The notes below the pieces were generated by a model that was given only the letters and a program-made list of their open reading frames with translations, did no database searches and was not told the DNA's origin. Below, in pieces: positions 48,886-52,495 of a DNA stretch of 52,495 nt. Position 1 is the stretch's first letter; every line of letters begins with the position of its first letter. Made by a program: the position numbers and the translations under genes. The stretch is from assembly GCA_964427405.1 (NCBI GenBank), contig CAYRUB010000011.1:1-52495 (forward strand), in the 5' to 3' direction. Origin of the DNA: an uncultured Planctomycetales bacterium. GTDB taxonomy: Bacteria > Omnitrophota > Gorgyraeia > Gygaellales > Profunditerraquicolaceae.

Positions 48886-50144
48886 TCTTTTTCTCTCCAA
48901 ACTTTTGCTCCTAGATTAATCAGCTTTTGCTCGATATTCTCATATCCGCGCTCTAAGTGATAAATCCTGGAGATTGATGTCTTGCCGCGTGCGGCTAAAC
49001 CAGCCAGGACTAAACAGGCAGATGCGCGCAGGTCAGATGCCATAACCGGAGCGCCGGATAAACCTTTTATACCTTCAACAATAGCATGCGGACCTTCTCT
49101 TTGGATATGCGCGCCCATACGATTAAGCTCAGAAACATGCATAAACCTGTCCGGATATATCTTTTCAGTAATTACGCTGATACCAGGAGTAATTGACATT
49201 AGGCTCATCATTTGCGCCTGCATATCAGTAGGAAAACCCGGATACGGAAGCGTAGTGATATTTACAGATCTTAATCTCCTGTTACCTTTAACGTGTAAAG
49301 AGCCGTCAGCACGCACTAGATGCGCCCCTGCCTCATCTAGCTTATCAATCAATGAACCCAGATGCTGATATTGCACGTTCTTAATTAATATATCTCCGCC
49401 GGTAACCAAAGAGGCTAAAATTAAAGTCCCGGCTTCAATACGATCGGGAATTATAGAATGCGTTGCTCCGTGTAAATGTTTGACTCCCTCTATTTCAATA
49501 ACCGGCGTGCCGTGGCCTTTAATTTTCGCGCCCATTTTAATTAAGAACTCCGCTAAATCCGCTACCTCCGGCTCACAAGCCGCAGATTCAATTACGGTCT
49601 TTCCTTTTGCCAGGACCGCAGCCATCATTACATTATCAGTAGCTAAAACTGATGAACCATATACACCGCCCAGATAAATGTAGGCGCCTTTTAACTTATT
49701 TGCCTTAGCAATCACATATCCTGAATCAATACTTATATCAGCCCCCAGAGCTTTAATACCTTTAAGATGCAGATCTACGGGGCGCACGCCAATAACACAA
49801 CCTCCGGGAAGCGAGACCTTGGCTTTTTTAAGTTTGCCTAAAAGCGGGCCCAAGACGCAAAATGAAGCGCGCATAGTAGAAACCAATTTATATTCGGCGA
49901 TATAACTTGTGGTCTTACCCGCACAGACGCTAACCCTGCCCTTATCAAATTCGGCAATCTTTCCTAATGCGCGTAAAATCTTCAGCATACTGTTAGTATC
50001 GCGCAGATTCGGCACCCCTTTAATTACACAGAGCTCATCAGTAAGCAAGCTCGCCGCCAAAATCGGCAGCACCGCGTTTTTTGCACCGGAGACCGTAACC
50101 TCTCCCTTTAATTCAACTCCGCCTTCAATAACCAGTTTATCCAT
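48882..50144 (-). CDS. murA: UDP-N-acetylglucosamine 1-carboxyvinyltransferase
   Basis: The sequence begins [27 protein letters not shown] and contains ..LPGGC.IG.RPVDLH.. (catalytic Cys loop). Confidence 0.95.
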   Translation of the reverse strand: MDKLVIEGGVELKGEVTVSGAKNAVLPILAASLLTDELCVIKGVPNLRDTNSMLKILRALGKIAEFDKGRVSVCAGKTTSYIAEYKLVSTMRASFCVLGPLLGKLKKAKVSLPGGCVIGVRPVDLHLKGIKALGADISIDSGYVIAKANKLKGAYIYLGGVYGSSVLATDNVMMAAVLAKGKTVIESAACEPEVADLAEFLIKMGAKIKGHGTPVIEIEGVKHLHGATHSIIPDRIEAGTLILASLVTGGDILIKNVQYQHLGSLIDKLDEAGAHLVRADGSLHVKGNRRLRSVNITTLPYPGFPTDMQAQMMSLMSITPGISVITEKIYPDRFMHVSELNRMGAHIQREGPHAIVEGIKGLSGAPVMASDLRASACLVLAGLAARGKTSISRIYHLERGYENIEQKLINLGAKVWREKE

Positions 50145-50934
50145 TTTTAAGCATTCCTTTTTTAGCCATAACTATACGTTCAATATTATTGTAATCCTTG
50201 ATCAAAACCAACTGATCAAAACCTTCCTTCTCAAGCATATCTTTAATAAAAGCAGCCTGGTTAATCCCAACTTCAAAAATTAATAAGCCATTATTATTTA
50301 AATAAGCTGCTGCACGGGAAATTATGCGGCGATAAAAATCTAAACCATCCTTACCTGCCTTTAAAGCTAACTCCGGCTCGAAATGTATCTCTTTAGCCAA
50401 AGAATGAAATTCTCCGGTTGATACATAAGGAGGATTGCTGATAATTAAATCAAACTTATCATTTTTAATTTTTAGCGCCTCGAAAAGATCGCTCTGTATA
50501 AATTTAATCTTTACGTTATTTAGACGGGCATTATCTCCGGCTAACTGTAAAGCTGCATTTGATATATCGCTGGCCCATACATCAGAACGACTCAAATTTT
50601 TAGCTATTGCTACTGCAATACAACCTGATCCCGTACCAAGATCCAATATCTTCGGCGATACGATGCCCATCTGCTTTAGCTTCTCTATGGCTGTCTCAAC
50701 TAAAATCTCTGTTTCCGGCCGGGGAATCAATGCGCGATTATCCACCTTAAACTCCAGGCCCATAAATTCGCATTTACCCAAAATATACTGCACAGGCTCC
50801 CCAAGAATCCTACGTTTTAATATCGAAGACAACAACGTGGATTTATCCCTGGTTAAATTTATATCCTTATTCAGGTATAAAGACAAGCGATCACAATTTA
50901 AAAGATGGGTTAAAACTAATTCAGCTTCGTTCAT
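50137..50934 (-). CDS. prmC: peptide chain release factor N5-glutamine methyltransferase
   Basis: It has the SAM motif [12 protein letters not shown] and the NPPY motif (IISNPPYV). It lies downstream of prfA. Confidence 0.9.
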   Translation of the reverse strand: MNEAELVLTHLLNCDRLSLYLNKDINLTRDKSTLLSSILKRRILGEPVQYILGKCEFMGLEFKVDNRALIPRPETEILVETAIEKLKQMGIVSPKILDLGTGSGCIAVAIAKNLSRSDVWASDISNAALQLAGDNARLNNVKIKFIQSDLFEALKIKNDKFDLIISNPPYVSTGEFHSLAKEIHFEPELALKAGKDGLDFYRRIISRAAAYLNNNGLLIFEVGINQAAFIKDMLEKEGFDQLVLIKDYNNIERIVMAKKGMLKNG

Positions 50935-51985
50935 TCTTCTTTTCTTCTTCTGCCTTTAACAGGGCCTCTGTCAACTCATCCATTTGGCCCTCTAAAATTG
51001 CCTCTAATTGATGGGAGGTAAAATTAATCCTGTGGTCGGTAACCCGGCGGTCAGGAAAATTATAAGTACGGATCTTCTCGCTGCGGTCCCCGGTTCCAAT
51101 CTGAATTTTTCGGGCGCTGGATAATCTTTTTGCCTCTGCTTCGATTTTGACTTCTAAAATACGCGCGCGCAAAACCCTCATTGCCTTAGCCTTATTCTTT
51201 ATCTGCGAGCGCTCATCCTGACAGGCAACCACTGTGCCGGTTGGTATATGCGTAATCCTTACCGCCGAATCAGTCTTCTGCATATGTTGGCCACCGGGCC
51301 CGCTTGAACGGTAAGTATCTATTCTTAAATCTTTAGGCTCAATCACCAGATCAACCTCTTCCGGCTCAACTAAAACCGCAACTGTAGCGGTAGAGGTATG
51401 AATACGGCCCTGCGCCTCAGTAGTAGGCACACGCTGCACGCGATGCACTCCGCTTTCAAATTTAAGGCAGCGGAAAGAATCCTTGCCCTTTACGCTAAAA
51501 GTAACCTCTTTAATCCCACCAGCTTCATTTGTGCTGGCAAGCATAGGCTCAAGTGTCCAACCCTTATTATCCGCGTATTTAGAATACATCCGGTAAAGGT
51601 CCGCCGCAAAAAGCCCTGCCTCATCCCCGCCTGTACCCTGCCTGATTTCAACAATACAGGCACGACCGGCATCCTTATCCTCTCCGGAGAGCATTTTCTT
51701 TAGTCTAAGCTCTATATCCGCTTTTTTAGTATCTAACTCCTTAATTTCCTGCCGCACCAGCTCATGATAATCTTCATCATGCTTCTGAAGCAACACCTCT
51801 TCAAGATCCTGAGATTCCTTAAGCAGGCTTTTAAGTTCGCGATACAAGACTACCGCGGGTTTTAAATCAGAGAGCTCTTTAGCCAGTTTATTATACTGCT
51901 GCCGATCAGCAATCAGTTCATGGCTGGCTAAAAGCTGTTCCAATTCTTGATAGCGAGCTACCATTTTTTCCAATTGTTCGTTCAT
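50921..51985 (-). CDS. prfA: peptide chain release factor 1
   Basis: It has the GGQ motif ([24 protein letters not shown]) and the RF1-type tripeptide region ..RVPTTE.. Confidence 0.9.
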   Translation of the reverse strand: MNEQLEKMVARYQELEQLLASHELIADRQQYNKLAKELSDLKPAVVLYRELKSLLKESQDLEEVLLQKHDEDYHELVRQEIKELDTKKADIELRLKKMLSGEDKDAGRACIVEIRQGTGGDEAGLFAADLYRMYSKYADNKGWTLEPMLASTNEAGGIKEVTFSVKGKDSFRCLKFESGVHRVQRVPTTEAQGRIHTSTATVAVLVEPEEVDLVIEPKDLRIDTYRSSGPGGQHMQKTDSAVRITHIPTGTVVACQDERSQIKNKAKAMRVLRARILEVKIEAEAKRLSSARKIQIGTGDRSEKIRTYNFPDRRVTDHRINFTSHQLEAILEGQMDELTEALLKAEEEKKNERS

Positions 51986-52020
51986 GGTTAAATCCTTTAT
52001 AACAATATCCTTATAAGCCT

Positions 52021-52069
52021 ATCCTTGCTGTACTGTTCCACAAAACGAGGCAGTACAACCGGCAAGGAT
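52021..52069 (-). other. long imperfect hairpin in the rpmE-prfA intergenic leader
   Basis: The arms ATCCTTGC and TGTACTG pair with CAGTACA and GCAAGGAT, giving 15 bp with a 4-nt bulge and a 15-nt loop. No U-tract follows on the minus strand. Confidence 0.5.
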
Positions 52070-52111
52070 TTCGCTAAATAAAAACTTGAGGTGCTCAACT
52101 CGCCAACAAAC

Positions 52112-52312
52112 TTATTTCTTGCCGTATTTCTTCATGAACTTATCCACGCGGCCGGCAGAATCCACTAACTTCTGTTTTCCGGTAAAAAACGGATGACACT
52201 TTGAGCAAATCTCAACGCGGATACTCGGTTTAGTGGAACGGGTGTGTACCGTCTCACCGCAGGCGCAGATAATTGTGCTCTCTTTGTAATTAGGATGTAT
52301 CTTATCTTTCAT
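52112..52312 (-). CDS. rpmE: 50S ribosomal protein L31 (Zn-binding type A)
   Basis: The sequence MKDKIHPNY....I.CACGE.......[14 protein letters not shown] is the L31 signature and includes the Cys motifs. Confidence 0.95.
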   Translation of the reverse strand: MKDKIHPNYKESTIICACGETVHTRSTKPSIRVEICSKCHPFFTGKQKLVDSAGRVDKFMKKYGKK

Positions 52313-52325
52313 TTTGATTCCTCCT

Positions 52326-52495
52326 TTATTTCTGGTTCATGCTGTTTAAAAACTCTTCGTTATTCTTGGTCTTACTTAATTTTTCGATTAACAACTCCAT
52401 AGCCTCTACATTATTTAACTCATTTAATACTTTTCTTAATATCCAGGTCTTCTGCAACACATCCGGTTTGACCAAAAGCTCCTCATGGCGGGTAT
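52326..52495 (-). CDS. rho: transcription termination factor Rho (C-terminal end only; 5' part lies outside the window)
   Basis: My own translation gives ..[54 protein letters not shown]-stop, the conserved Rho C-terminal tail. It is followed by rpmE, as in many bacteria. Confidence 0.8.
   Translation of the reverse strand, partial: TRHEELLVKPDVLQKTWILRKVLNELNNVEAMELLIEKLSKTKNNEEFLNSMNQK

Overview
This is about 52.5 kb of fairly AT-rich, very tightly packed bacterial chromosome, and outer-membrane-type genes suggest a diderm. Nearly every gene is on the minus strand. Only pncC/cinA-like, thpR and rpmB are on plus, and many genes have overlapping stop/start codons.

Reading the minus strand from high to low coordinates:
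- rho (3' end), rpmE, prfA, prmC and murA are fused directly to a trp operon. Its order is trpG-D-C-F, a zinc-ribbon membrane ORF, then trpB-A. No trpE and no leader are present.
- Next come an M16 peptidase, a CNNM/CBS protein, a small zinc-ribbon protein, rsfS (no canonical start codon), argS and recJ.
- A large Pho cluster follows: phoB-phoR, an orphan receiver, a 62-aa ORF, a porin, pstSCAB, arsC and phoU.
- Three unannotated small ORFs sit in a cassette bracketed by a duplicated terminator+promoter module.
- A CPBP protease, an FHA/kinase/TPR protein with a mutated catalytic Asp, yciH, a LOG protein and a UvrD-type helicase fused to a Cas4-like nuclease form one tight block.
- A GC-rich structured intergenic element that I cannot classify follows.
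- Then come plsC, a lipoprotein-type acetolactate decarboxylase, an AsmA-like protein, a hypothetical, arfB, a candidate 41-aa hydrophobic peptide, rpsO, pnp, ftsK, a rodZ-like gene, rimO, pgsA and pgpA.
- An FMN-riboswitch-controlled ribBA-ribH-nusB-PHP-ribD-ribE operon, tRNA-Pro(GGG) and the start of acyP complete the window.

I saw no rRNA, CRISPR array, transposase or integrase.

The most interesting items are the unclassified structured RNA-like element (18448-18595), the repeat-bracketed small-ORF cassette (26520-27440), the candidate type-I-toxin-like peptide with an opposing terminator (14479-14677), and the predicted pseudokinase within the CPBP-to-helicase gene block. None of these is proven. 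All functional calls come from reading motifs in the translations and DNA by eye; no searches were run.
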